Virus record (IMG/VR): IMGVR_UViG_3300035698_007036
Coordinates: 55,537 to 119,536 of that record
DNA from: a virus
Reading direction: 5' to 3' (one strand)
DNA: 64,000 nt
In this document: piece after piece, positions 49,528 to 58,909 of the stretch
How positions within the stretch are numbered: the first letter of the stretch is position 1
Layout of the letters: each line of letters starts with the position of its first letter
Made by a program: the position numbers and the translations under genes
The notes under the pieces: model-generated
The model's input: the letters and a program-made list of their open reading frames with translations, nothing else
Databases searched by the model: none
What the model was told of the DNA's origin: nothing

Positions 49528-49901
49528 TGACTATAAAAACCAGTAGTGCTAAAGCTAAAGGGAGAAGATTACAAAATTGGATGGCTGAAAAGATATCCGA
49601 AATGCTTGATATACCTATGGGCAAAGATGAATGTATAGCACCAAGAGAAATGGGACAATCAGGAACAGATGTCAGGTTGATAGGTAAGGCAAAAGAACTA
49701 TTTCCATTCGCAGTAGAATGTAAATACCAAGAGACTTGGTCTATCCCAAAATGGATAAAACAAGCAGAGAGTAATGTGCAAGATGGTACTTGCTGGTTGT
49801 TAGTTTGTAAAAAGAATAGGATGGATCCAGTAATAGTAATGGATGCCGAGAAATTTTTCGAGCTCTATAATAGGACACTAAAGAGGAGTAAAAATGGCTA
49901 A
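49527..49901 (+). CDS. Phage Holliday junction resolvase-like (Hjc-type) nuclease
   Basis: SAKAKGRRLQ...MGQSGTDV...FAVECKYQE...IKQA. Confidence 0.8.
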   Translation: MTIKTSSAKAKGRRLQNWMAEKISEMLDIPMGKDECIAPREMGQSGTDVRLIGKAKELFPFAVECKYQETWSIPKWIKQAESNVQDGTCWLLVCKKNRMDPVIVMDAEKFFELYNRTLKRSKNG

Positions 49902-51069
49902 AGAAATTAAGATTAGTGCCACTAGAATCAGTTCGTTTCTTCGATGCAAGAAGAAATATTGGTTCAATTATGTGGTAAAGATGCCCAAAGTAGCAAATCC
50001 TGCTTTTAGATTGGGAATCGCAGTTCATGAATCTTTAGAAGAGGCTGGTAAGATATGGATGAAGAAAGAGAAGTTCAGTGCTGCTGATGCCAAGAAAATT
50101 TTAGAGGTTTATCGTAAGGTGGCTGTAAAAGAGGGTATTATAGATATGACTATCCATTTACAAGGTCTAGAACTTCTTAAGAACAGGCTTAAGAAATTTG
50201 ATTACGACACTAAAGTCATAGGACTGGAGACTAAGTTTGGTTTTATGGGAGGCAAAGATGTTGAATCAAAGTATGGTGTACCCCTTATCGGGGCCATTGA
50301 TAGGGTGGATATAAAAGATGAGGATACCCTTGTTATTGTAGACTATAAGACTAGTGCTACTTCGCCAACACCTGACCAATTAAGAACTGATACGCAGCTT
50401 TCTATATATGATGTAGTAGCGAGACAGTTGTGGCCTGATTATAAGAGGGTTGTATTGAGCTTAGACATGTTAAAGGCAGAGGCACTATTTACGTATAGAA
50501 CAGAAGAAGAAAGAGAAGAGTTTGAGCTATATTTGAGAGAAGTATACGATCAAATGACCAGTTTTACAGAGAAGGACGCTAAGGCCGAGCTTAACATGTT
50601 TTGTCCTTGGTGTGATTATAAGGGCCATTGCCCTGCTTATAAAAAAGCTTATGAGAAAACAGATTACAAGTTCGATGAAGTGGCTAATATGCCTAATTCC
50701 GATCTTGTAACTGAATGGAAACAGGTCAGGAATACTAAAAAGATTCTTGAGGAACGTGAGCGTGAGTTGGGAATGGTTATAAGAGAAAAGATTCATGACA
50801 CTGGTGAGTCTATCCATAGCGATAGTGAGCAAATCTACATCAGACAGAATGCCAGAACTACTTATGATAGCACTACTGTCAGTGATTTAGTGCCTTATGA
50901 GTCTTTTGTTAAGATGGCTAATTTAAACAAGAGAGCCGTAGATAATTATCTAGACGCCAATCCGGCTATCAAGGCTCAAGTAATACGGGCTTCGGTAACT
51001 AATTATACAAGTCCTTTCTTAGCAACCAAAAAAGTTAAGAAGATCAAACCTGAAAAAGAAACTAAATAG
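49894..51069 (+). CDS. PD-(D/E)XK exonuclease, RecB/AddB/Cas4-like with Fe-S motif
   Basis: SATRISSFLRC; GIAVHESLE; GAIDRVD...IVDYKT...QLSIY; CPWCDYKGHC. Confidence 0.9.
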   Translation: MAKEIKISATRISSFLRCKKKYWFNYVVKMPKVANPAFRLGIAVHESLEEAGKIWMKKEKFSAADAKKILEVYRKVAVKEGIIDMTIHLQGLELLKNRLKKFDYDTKVIGLETKFGFMGGKDVESKYGVPLIGAIDRVDIKDEDTLVIVDYKTSATSPTPDQLRTDTQLSIYDVVARQLWPDYKRVVLSLDMLKAEALFTYRTEEEREEFELYLREVYDQMTSFTEKDAKAELNMFCPWCDYKGHCPAYKKAYEKTDYKFDEVANMPNSDLVTEWKQVRNTKKILEERERELGMVIREKIHDTGESIHSDSEQIYIRQNARTTYDSTTVSDLVPYESFVKMANLNKRAVDNYLDANPAIKAQVIRASVTNYTSPFLATKKVKKIKPEKETK

Positions 51070-51076
51070 GAGGGGA

Positions 51077-52366
51077 ATGATTATGAATGTAATACAAGGA
51101 AAGAAAATTAAAGTTTTGGCCTATTGCGATAGCCCTACATGTGCTACAGGTTTTGGAACTGTTAGTAGAAACATTTTTGAAGCCCTTTATAAGACAGGAA
51201 AGTACGCTATTGACATTATGGGCATAAATTACTGGGGCGATCCTCATGATTTTCCTTATAGAATTTGGCCTACTGGGACTAATCAGGACCGTGATCCTTA
51301 TGGAAGAAAGAAAGTTTGTAGTATGATACCGCGTATGGAGTATGACGTACTTTTCTTCCTACAAGATACGTTTATCCTCGATTTTATGCCCGAACTACTT
51401 ACTTACCTTGCACAACAAAATAAGACGTTGCCTTCTATTTGTTATTTCCCTATCGATGGTACTCCCAAAGAGGCATGGATTAAAAATATTATAGTAGCGG
51501 ACCATCTAGTAGCCTATTCAGAGTTTGGTAAGGCTGAGTCGGTCCAGGCATGTGAGGATTTGGATCCAGAAAGAGTTAATGTCATACCTCATGGTGTTAA
51601 TGTAACGGACTTCCATCCACTTCCAGAGGAAGAGATTAAACAGTTTAGACGGAAATATTTTGGAGTTCATGCTGACAAGTTCGTCTTTACAAATTTGAAC
51701 AGAAATCAGCAAAGAAAGGACATTCCAAGGACTATTGCAGCGTTCAAAGAGTTCAGAAAAGAAGTACCTGAATCTATACTATATCTACATATGGCCAAAT
51801 CGGATCAGGGTTGGAATCTACCAGAGGTGGTCAAAGCTTATGGTTTTGATATGTCTAAGGATGTTATTTTTCCTGAAAATTTTGGACCTAACCAGGGCTA
51901 CCCACTACCGATTGTTAATATGCTTTACAATTGCAGTGACTGCGTGGTCAGTACCACTCTTGGTGAGGGATGGGGCCTCAGTTGGTCGGAAGCTATGGCC
52001 ACTAAAACCCCTATTATTATGCCAAACAATACTGCATTAGGTGAATGTATTAATGACGAGCGTGGCTGGCTTGTAAAGAGCGGGACTAACCCTTCTTTAA
52101 GCACTGTTCTTCCCCACGATAACGAAATCATTAGACCTCTAGTTGATGTTGAAGATATGGCAAAGACCATGCTTGAGATCTATAGAAATCCACAGGAGGC
52201 TAAACGTAGAGCAGAGAATGCTTACACTTATACTATTACCAACTTGGATTGGCAAGGACCTATTGCTGACAAATGGGTAGATCTATTCAACAAGGTAGCA
52301 ATGTCAGGCCCTAAAGCTATTTCAGAGGGTCAATCAAAAGAACTTATTGGAACGGAGGAGTTTTAA
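51077..52366 (+). CDS. Glycosyltransferase family 4 (GT-B)
   Basis: DSPTCATGFG; IPHGV; NRNQQRKD; GEGWGLSWSEAMA. Confidence 0.92.
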   Translation: MIMNVIQGKKIKVLAYCDSPTCATGFGTVSRNIFEALYKTGKYAIDIMGINYWGDPHDFPYRIWPTGTNQDRDPYGRKKVCSMIPRMEYDVLFFLQDTFILDFMPELLTYLAQQNKTLPSICYFPIDGTPKEAWIKNIIVADHLVAYSEFGKAESVQACEDLDPERVNVIPHGVNVTDFHPLPEEEIKQFRRKYFGVHADKFVFTNLNRNQQRKDIPRTIAAFKEFRKEVPESILYLHMAKSDQGWNLPEVVKAYGFDMSKDVIFPENFGPNQGYPLPIVNMLYNCSDCVVSTTLGEGWGLSWSEAMATKTPIIMPNNTALGECINDERGWLVKSGTNPSLSTVLPHDNEIIRPLVDVEDMAKTMLEIYRNPQEAKRRAENAYTYTITNLDWQGPIADKWVDLFNKVAMSGPKAISEGQSKELIGTEEF

Positions 52367-52938
52367 TGAAAGTAAAAATTTTGGGAGAGGCCGGATATGA
52401 GTTCGCCCTCCAAGGCATAGGTAAGAGCTATGGTGTGTCGGATTTTGATAAACTTGAGAGCATAGCACTCAAATTGTGTAAAAAAGATGGTGGTCATAAC
52501 AAGTTTCTTGAATCTATTGTGGTGTGGTTGGATATTAAGGCTCCTAGATATTGGTGGCAGGAGTTTGATACATACCGGGTTGGTACTACTAAACAATCCG
52601 AGAGTACCATTCATACTATTACTAAAAAGCCAATTACACAGTCTGATTTTAGTGCTAGTATACATCCTGATATGATAATACATCTTAATTATCTTATAGA
52701 TCTTTACAAAAGAGAAAAAGGTGAAAGAAGAGATGTAGTCTTTCATATTATAAAAGCTAATTTACCAGAGGGTTACTTACAAAGTCGTATTGTTTGTACT
52801 AATTATAAAGTATTACGTAATATGATTATGCAGAGGAGAAAGCACGTGTTGGTTGATTGGCATGTTTTTATTGACGACCTGATAGTATTAAAACATGGCA
52901 ATTTGTTGGAGAGTGCTTATGGATATAAGGGGGAGTAA
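52366..52938 (+). CDS. Divergent ThyX-like (FAD-dependent thymidylate synthase fold) protein
   Basis: GHNKFLE...IKAPRYWWQEFDTYRVG...SESTIH...NLPEG...TNYKVLRN...QR...H...W; the canonical RHR is replaced by TYR. Confidence 0.75.
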   Translation: MKVKILGEAGYEFALQGIGKSYGVSDFDKLESIALKLCKKDGGHNKFLESIVVWLDIKAPRYWWQEFDTYRVGTTKQSESTIHTITKKPITQSDFSASIHPDMIIHLNYLIDLYKREKGERRDVVFHIIKANLPEGYLQSRIVCTNYKVLRNMIMQRRKHVLVDWHVFIDDLIVLKHGNLLESAYGYKGE

Positions 52939-54057
52939 ATGGATATAAAAGGGATAAAATTTGTAGGCCCATTTTTAGATAACTCAGGATATGCACAGGC
53001 AACTAGAGATAACATAATAGCTTTACATATGGCCGGAATACCTCTAACTTTAAAGTCAATGTCCTTTGAGGATGCCAGACCGGATATTGGAGTAGCAGGT
53101 GATATTATAATGCCGCTAATTGACAAAGATATAGACTACAATATAGTTATCATGGAGTGTACTCCTGAATTCTGGGAGAAAAATAGAGAGGACGACAAAA
53201 CTAATGTAGGTTTTGTTTTCTGGGAGACCACTAAATTTCACCCGGATTGGCCCGGTTTCATAAATGAAGGGGTGGATAAACTTTTAGTCAGCTGTGAATG
53301 GAACAAAGAGGTTGCTAAGGATTCGGGCATTAAAGTACCGATAGGTGTGGTACCTAATGCTATAGATGTCAGTAAAAGCAGAAAAGCTAGACCTTTCAAC
53401 GTTGAAGGTGTAGACAATAGTACTTTTATGTTTTATTCTATTTTTCAATTTACAGAGCGTAAGAACCCGCCAGCTCTGATTAAGGCTTATTGGCATGCCT
53501 TTCAGGCCAATGAGGATGTGGCTTTAGTACTTAAGACTTACAGAAATAACTATGACGAAGAACAGAGAAATTTTATTAGAGAAACTTTGCGTCATCTTAA
53601 GAGAGTAACTCCTATGCTTAATTACCCAAAGATTTATTTGATCCCTAATATGCTGTCTAATGACGAGATATTTGGCCTTCATGCAAGGGGGGATTGTTAT
53701 GTTTCTTTTGATAGGGGCGAAGGGTTTGGTCTCAGTCCTTTTATGGCTGGAGCTGCCGAAAAACCCATAATAGTGACAGGTTTTGGCGGGGTCAAAGAGT
53801 ATGCTAAACCTGAAAATAGTTATCTTATCAATTATACTCTGGAGCCTGTGTATGGAATGCCATGGTCGCCTTGGTATAGAGGTGATCAACTATGGGCGTA
53901 TCCAGATGTAAAACATGGAGCGGATTTAATGATGCATGTTTATAATAATAGAGAAGAAGCAGTAGGTAAAGGTAAACTTCTTGGCAAGTATATAAAGGAA
54001 GACTTTAACTTTGATACAATAGGTAAAAGACTAATAAAAGAATTGGAGGCTATTTAA
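52939..54057 (+). CDS. Glycosyltransferase family 4 (GT-B)
   Basis: SGYAQATR; FWETT; ERKNP; RGEGFGLSPFMA. Confidence 0.92.
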   Translation: MDIKGIKFVGPFLDNSGYAQATRDNIIALHMAGIPLTLKSMSFEDARPDIGVAGDIIMPLIDKDIDYNIVIMECTPEFWEKNREDDKTNVGFVFWETTKFHPDWPGFINEGVDKLLVSCEWNKEVAKDSGIKVPIGVVPNAIDVSKSRKARPFNVEGVDNSTFMFYSIFQFTERKNPPALIKAYWHAFQANEDVALVLKTYRNNYDEEQRNFIRETLRHLKRVTPMLNYPKIYLIPNMLSNDEIFGLHARGDCYVSFDRGEGFGLSPFMAGAAEKPIIVTGFGGVKEYAKPENSYLINYTLEPVYGMPWSPWYRGDQLWAYPDVKHGADLMMHVYNNREEAVGKGKLLGKYIKEDFNFDTIGKRLIKELEAI

Positions 54058-54058
54058 T

Positions 54059-54823
54059 ATGAAAACTTTAACTTTCCCGGTTGGATATAGACCTAATTAC
54101 TTGACTAATTTTTTGGGTTATTTAAAGAAATATGATTTGTCTGACTACACAATTATATGTAGTGCGGAGAATTCTCCTGAGTGTTTAAAGATATTAGAAG
54201 ATACCACTCTACCTGTTAAAGTTTTAAAGAAGCCTAATTCTTCTGGCCGTAAATCACACTCAGGTGCCAGAGATAACATGTTTAATGTCCTTAATCATGC
54301 GTTTAGTTTAGGGTCAGACTTCAATGTACATCTCGAAGACGACTTTGTGTTAGCTCCTGATGCATTTCATTTAGCCAATTGGTATCATGAAACTTTTAAG
54401 GATAAACCTTTGACTTATATGAGTTACGGTCTTTTTAATCATGAGAGTAGGGGTACAGACTACGCTGCCTTAGAGACTATTAGTATGTTTGAAGGCCTAG
54501 GTTGGTGTACCTTTAAAGAAGGTTGGGAAGCATGTTATAGTAAGAACTGGTACGATGATACCTATGCTCAAAAACATTTTGGTACTTACGGGTGGGACTG
54601 GGCTGTCTCTGGCTATTTTAGAGAGTTTGGATATAAGGGCATTAGACCCTTGATTGCCAGAACAAACCATGATGGTAGATATAATGGTACATGCTGCACT
54701 GTCGCTCATCATGATAAACATTATGGTAGATTGATGTGGAACCAGACAGAGATAGTTACGGAATTTCATTTACCAGACGCAACCCCTAGAGATGACAAAC
54801 CGGTATTGGAGGCTATATTATGA
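54059..54823 (+). CDS. GT-A fold glycosyltransferase
   Basis: YRPNYL; VHLEDDFVLAPD; GWCT; GWDW; RPLIART. Confidence 0.75.
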   Translation: MKTLTFPVGYRPNYLTNFLGYLKKYDLSDYTIICSAENSPECLKILEDTTLPVKVLKKPNSSGRKSHSGARDNMFNVLNHAFSLGSDFNVHLEDDFVLAPDAFHLANWYHETFKDKPLTYMSYGLFNHESRGTDYAALETISMFEGLGWCTFKEGWEACYSKNWYDDTYAQKHFGTYGWDWAVSGYFREFGYKGIRPLIARTNHDGRYNGTCCTVAHHDKHYGRLMWNQTEIVTEFHLPDATPRDDKPVLEAIL

Positions 54824-55890
54824 AGATAATGACTGTAGCAGGTACACGACCTGAGTTAATCAGACTTAGTGTCCTTATAAAGAAGTTAGATGGGTTAGTA
54901 GATCATATGTTTATATATACTAATCAGAATTATGACTACAACTTGTCTGGTTTGTTCTTTGAAGAGATGGACATTCGTGAACCGAACTACACTTTGGATT
55001 TCAAGAGTGAGTCTTTTGGTAAGTTTATGGGACAGACCTTTGAACTTCTTGAGATGATTTTTAATACAGACAAGCCTGACAAGATTCTCATACTGGGAGA
55101 CACCAATTCTGGGTTAGTTACCGCTTTGGTGGCTAATAAGCTTAAAATTCCTGTCTATCATATGGAGGCTGGTAATCGTTGTCTGGATGAGCGGGTACCA
55201 GAAGAGTCTAACCGCAGGGTAATTGACACTTTGTCTACTTATAATTTGCCTTACACAGCCAATAGTAAGGAGAATTTAATAAGGGAAGGTTATAACAAGA
55301 ATTTCGTTTTTAAGACGGGCAATCCCATTAACGAGGTTTTAATTAACTATAAAGATAGTATAGATAGTAGTAATATATTAAGTGAGTTAGGCGTAGTAAT
55401 GTACAAATTTGTTCTAGTAACGGCCCATAGGGCGGAGAATGTGGATGATAAACGTTCTTTAATGGATATAGTGGAGGCAATAAATACTATATCGTTAAAG
55501 TATCAGGTTGTGTTTTCTGTACACCCTAGAACAAAAGATAAGTTAGATAAGTCGGGGTTTGTATTTTTAAACAACGTTATACTGAGCAAACCACTAGGCT
55601 TCTTTGACTTTGTTAAGTTGGAGAAGACGGCTAATGTAGTTATCAGTGATAGTGGGACTGTACAAGAAGAATGCTGTATTCTTGGTGTACCTACTATAAC
55701 TATAAGAAGGACTACTGAACGTCAAGAGACCATAGAGTGCGGGTCTAATATATTATCTGGTACAGGTTCCGATAGTATTATAGAGATTTTTAATATGGTT
55801 GTAGACAGAGATTACGCTTGGGTTGCTCCAGAAGACTACACCAAATACCATGTTTCAGATACGGTTACTAATATACTTTTAGGGAGGTAA
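54820..55890 (+). CDS. UDP-sugar 2-epimerase (non-hydrolysing WecB family, FnlC/QnlB-like)
   Basis: GTRPELIRLS; LGDTNS; HMEAGNRC; PEESNRR; TAHRAENVD; HPRT; SDSGTVQEE. Confidence 0.93.
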   Translation: MKIMTVAGTRPELIRLSVLIKKLDGLVDHMFIYTNQNYDYNLSGLFFEEMDIREPNYTLDFKSESFGKFMGQTFELLEMIFNTDKPDKILILGDTNSGLVTALVANKLKIPVYHMEAGNRCLDERVPEESNRRVIDTLSTYNLPYTANSKENLIREGYNKNFVFKTGNPINEVLINYKDSIDSSNILSELGVVMYKFVLVTAHRAENVDDKRSLMDIVEAINTISLKYQVVFSVHPRTKDKLDKSGFVFLNNVILSKPLGFFDFVKLEKTANVVISDSGTVQEECCILGVPTITIRRTTERQETIECGSNILSGTGSDSIIEIFNMVVDRDYAWVAPEDYTKYHVSDTVTNILLGR

Positions 55891-55892
55891 GG

Positions 55893-56459
55893 ATGATTTT
55901 AGAAACGTTAGATTTTACTAGATTTTTCTCTAATACCAGGACAATTTTTTCCGAAAACTTTAGAGATTTAGAAGTATCACAGCTAATGGGCTATGTTGAA
56001 GTACTTGCTGACGCCAACTTCAGATGTTATAAAGCGAATATGCTTGTTATCGCTGAACGAAAGAAGGCCTCCCCTGATGTTAAACTAATAGCGGATATGG
56101 AATGGGTAGCTCGTAGTGTTGGTGAGTATAGGGTGTCATCTAAAGCCCGAATTAACATATTTATTTCTGACGTAATTCCAAAACTAGTTGGGCCACCAAC
56201 AACTAAATGGTCCGATGACGATGTTGTTTACAGTATTGGTGAAATGATGGATCGTCTTTCAATTGAATTTATTAAACGGGAAGACTTCTTAAAAAACAAC
56301 AGAGCTAAACATATGACCGATAGTTCACAAGATTTAAGTGACCGGGTGACACGTTATCTTAAACATAAACTTTATACATTAGGTAGTAGCGGTTACGAAT
56401 GTGTACATGAGCAAAGAACTTACGACCTTGAGGGCATAATGGAGGAGCTGGCCATATAA
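55893..56459 (+). CDS. DUF4254-like helical protein
   Basis: SIGEMMDRLSIEFIK resembles the DUF4254 ETPGSxIDRLSILALK motif; glycan cluster context. Confidence 0.5.
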   Translation: MILETLDFTRFFSNTRTIFSENFRDLEVSQLMGYVEVLADANFRCYKANMLVIAERKKASPDVKLIADMEWVARSVGEYRVSSKARINIFISDVIPKLVGPPTTKWSDDDVVYSIGEMMDRLSIEFIKREDFLKNNRAKHMTDSSQDLSDRVTRYLKHKLYTLGSSGYECVHEQRTYDLEGIMEELAI

Positions 56460-57292
56460 TGGACCTGATACCCAAAGAACTTCACTTGTATTGGGATAGA
56501 GGTAAGATGTCTAAGTTACAGACATTCACTGTTACTTCTTTTCATAAACTTAATCCTGATTGGAAGATAAATGTTTACGTACCTAAGCAGGCGTACATTG
56601 GTAAAGCTAGATATATCCCCGATTACACAGGAGTAGACCATTTTCCTTCAGTTGAGACTTTAGACTACGTTAACATTCAAATTGTAGACTTGGATGATTA
56701 TGGTATAGACCATAATCTACATAACATATTAAGATCAGATATACTACGTTACCATATATTATATAATGTTGGAGGCGTTTGGTCAGATTTTGACGTGTTG
56801 TGGCTGAAACCTATGGAGCACTTCCGTAATATAGAGTATCATGGAGATACTCCTATAGAAGAAGTGACTACTGTAGTGTCTTTTATTCGTGGTACGGGTG
56901 GGGGGCATAGTATAGGAATTTTAATTCATTGTAAGAATGACCCCTACATGTTGTCTTTGGTGGAAGCTACAAAGAGGTATAAAGGCGGTCATGGTCATGA
57001 AGTATTCGGAGCCATGTTGATAAATGGGCTTTATCCAACATTGAAATCAATACCTTTCACTAATGTTATAGGAGCAAAGTTTGAGACTTACTATCCGTAT
57101 AATATTCACCCTCCTGTACAAACTATTGGGCAACTTTATAATGGACAAAATGTAAGCAATATTGCGGATAACAATGTTATGTGTTTACATTGGTATAATG
57201 GTCATGTATTAAGTAAGCAATACATTAATGGTAATGGGTTCAGTAGAGCCTGTAGTATGACTACTATATTAAAAAATGAGGGGTACATTTAA
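56459..57292 (+). CDS. GT32-like glycosyltransferase (DxD sugar-binding domain)
   Basis: IPKELHLYW...SFHKLNPDW...RSDILRYHILYNVGGVWSDFDV...HWY. Confidence 0.9.
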   Translation: MDLIPKELHLYWDRGKMSKLQTFTVTSFHKLNPDWKINVYVPKQAYIGKARYIPDYTGVDHFPSVETLDYVNIQIVDLDDYGIDHNLHNILRSDILRYHILYNVGGVWSDFDVLWLKPMEHFRNIEYHGDTPIEEVTTVVSFIRGTGGGHSIGILIHCKNDPYMLSLVEATKRYKGGHGHEVFGAMLINGLYPTLKSIPFTNVIGAKFETYYPYNIHPPVQTIGQLYNGQNVSNIADNNVMCLHWYNGHVLSKQYINGNGFSRACSMTTILKNEGYI

Positions 57293-57303
57293 AGGAGATT
57301 ATT

Positions 57304-58143
57304 ATGACTAACGATAAACTAGTAAACGTGTTCTTATTTAAAGCCGCACCACATGAAAATTTTGGAGAGTACTTATGTAAGAAAATTTTAGATAAGATGG
57401 GAATCAAATGTAAACACTATTCTCAAGCTAACCCACCTCCCGCTGGTATTGGTCATATAATGACAGGGATAGGTGGTTTCTTGAATAATAATATTTATTC
57501 TACTTTTTTTGGAAATAAAATAGATAAATGGTATGTGTGGGGAAGTGGTGTTGAGTGTCAACCAGTTCCAGGACAGACTGAGTTACCTGAGAAAGTATTA
57601 AAAGAGAAATGTGTTATTTCTATGTTACGTGGCCCTATGACTAAAGACTATTACAATATAAAAGAAGATATCTTGTTAGCAGACCCAGGTTATTTAGCAT
57701 CATATTTTTTCAAGTTTCCTGAGGAAGATAAGAAGAGTGTTTTTATTCAGTTTTACTATGATAAAGTTCCTACAGTCATACCTGATGTGGATGTACATTT
57801 AACAACTCTTTTGAAGGTACGAAGCGGCTCATTTGATTTAGATTTTTTTGAAATTTTGAGAAGCATAAGTAACGCTAGTATAGTTCTAACAGGGTCCATG
57901 CACATTGCTATTGCTGCTCATTCTTACGGAGTACCTTGGGCTATAGTTTCTAAGGAGAATGTGGATGCGTCTAAAGAATGGAAGTGGCAGGATACTACAG
58001 CTTGTATGGGGTTAGACAAAGAGGACTTAAAGATATGTACTGGTCCTGAGGACGGGCTTGTGTGGTACAACAGTGTTAAGGCTAAATTTAAACCTGTTAC
58101 TAAAGAATATCAAGAGAAAATAATAGGAGCATTCCCGTGTTAA
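57304..58143 (+). CDS. Polysaccharide pyruvyl transferase family protein (ExoV-like)
   Basis: NFGEYL; VWGSG; LRGPMT; LADPG; SMHIAIAAHSYGVPW. Confidence 0.85.
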   Translation: MTNDKLVNVFLFKAAPHENFGEYLCKKILDKMGIKCKHYSQANPPPAGIGHIMTGIGGFLNNNIYSTFFGNKIDKWYVWGSGVECQPVPGQTELPEKVLKEKCVISMLRGPMTKDYYNIKEDILLADPGYLASYFFKFPEEDKKSVFIQFYYDKVPTVIPDVDVHLTTLLKVRSGSFDLDFFEILRSISNASIVLTGSMHIAIAAHSYGVPWAIVSKENVDASKEWKWQDTTACMGLDKEDLKICTGPEDGLVWYNSVKAKFKPVTKEYQEKIIGAFPC

Positions 58144-58895
58144 TAAGAAATTATTTAGCGTATTCTTTAAATGATAGTGTTAGATATATGGCCTCAAGTG
58201 GTGGTTTTTGCAAAGAGTTTTTGAGATTCACTCTTGAAAATAAAATATCCGATAAAGTAATTATAACTGTTTTGGGGGAGGGAAGTACAGCTCTAGTCCC
58301 TAAGACAATAGTAACTAATGACGTCGATAAAATAATGTCTACAAAAAGCAATACGATATATGATAAGACTGATCCGCTATCTATTCTGAAAGAATTAGAT
58401 AGCACTCAGAGGTATACATTTGTAGGTTTGCCGTGCCATATCAAACCATTTCAAACATATTGTGAGCGTAACCAGATAAAAGCTATTACTATAAGTTTGT
58501 TTTGTAATCATACTTCTAGTAAGTACTCTAAGAGTGTATTGGATAAACTACATCTTACTGAAGAAGACGTCAAGCATTTTGAATACCGAGGCTCAGGATG
58601 GGCCGGTTCAGTAAAAGTTACTACAGACGCTGGGGAGATAAAACTTGATCACCATGAGTGTTGGAATTATTATATGGCTAATTACTACGCCCCATTAAAC
58701 AAATGTAAGACGTGCATTAAACCTAAAGATGCTGATATTTGTGTCGGCGATGCCTGGATACCGAGGATAATAAACTCTGACAAGGAAGGCACGTGTATAG
58801 TATTATCAATTAATTCAAATGCTGACAAATTAATTAATGAGTGTGCTAATAAAAGATATATATCTCTTGATGTACTTAGAGATTGGAATGATTAA
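58137..58895 (+). CDS. FrhB/FdhB (F420 hydrogenase beta) domain protein of polysaccharide loci
   Basis: ASSGG; FVGLPCHI; LFCNH; YRGSGWAG; CKTC; ADICVGDAW; no N-terminal ferredoxin domain. Confidence 0.85.
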   Translation: MLIRNYLAYSLNDSVRYMASSGGFCKEFLRFTLENKISDKVIITVLGEGSTALVPKTIVTNDVDKIMSTKSNTIYDKTDPLSILKELDSTQRYTFVGLPCHIKPFQTYCERNQIKAITISLFCNHTSSKYSKSVLDKLHLTEEDVKHFEYRGSGWAGSVKVTTDAGEIKLDHHECWNYYMANYYAPLNKCKTCIKPKDADICVGDAWIPRIINSDKEGTCIVLSINSNADKLINECANKRYISLDVLRDWND

Positions 58896-58909
58896 GGAGA
58901 AAGTTAAAT

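Noticed and set aside
49894-51069. Cas4-like nuclease as evidence of a CRISPR-Cas system
   Set aside because: No repeat-spacer array or other cas genes seen; stand-alone Cas4/RecB-like exonucleases are common in phage replication modules
58137-58895. F420 hydrogenase subunit as a sign of methanogen metabolism or an archaeal host
   Set aside because: This domain is common in bacterial polysaccharide loci; no other hydrogenase subunits are present; the replication genes are bacterial-type
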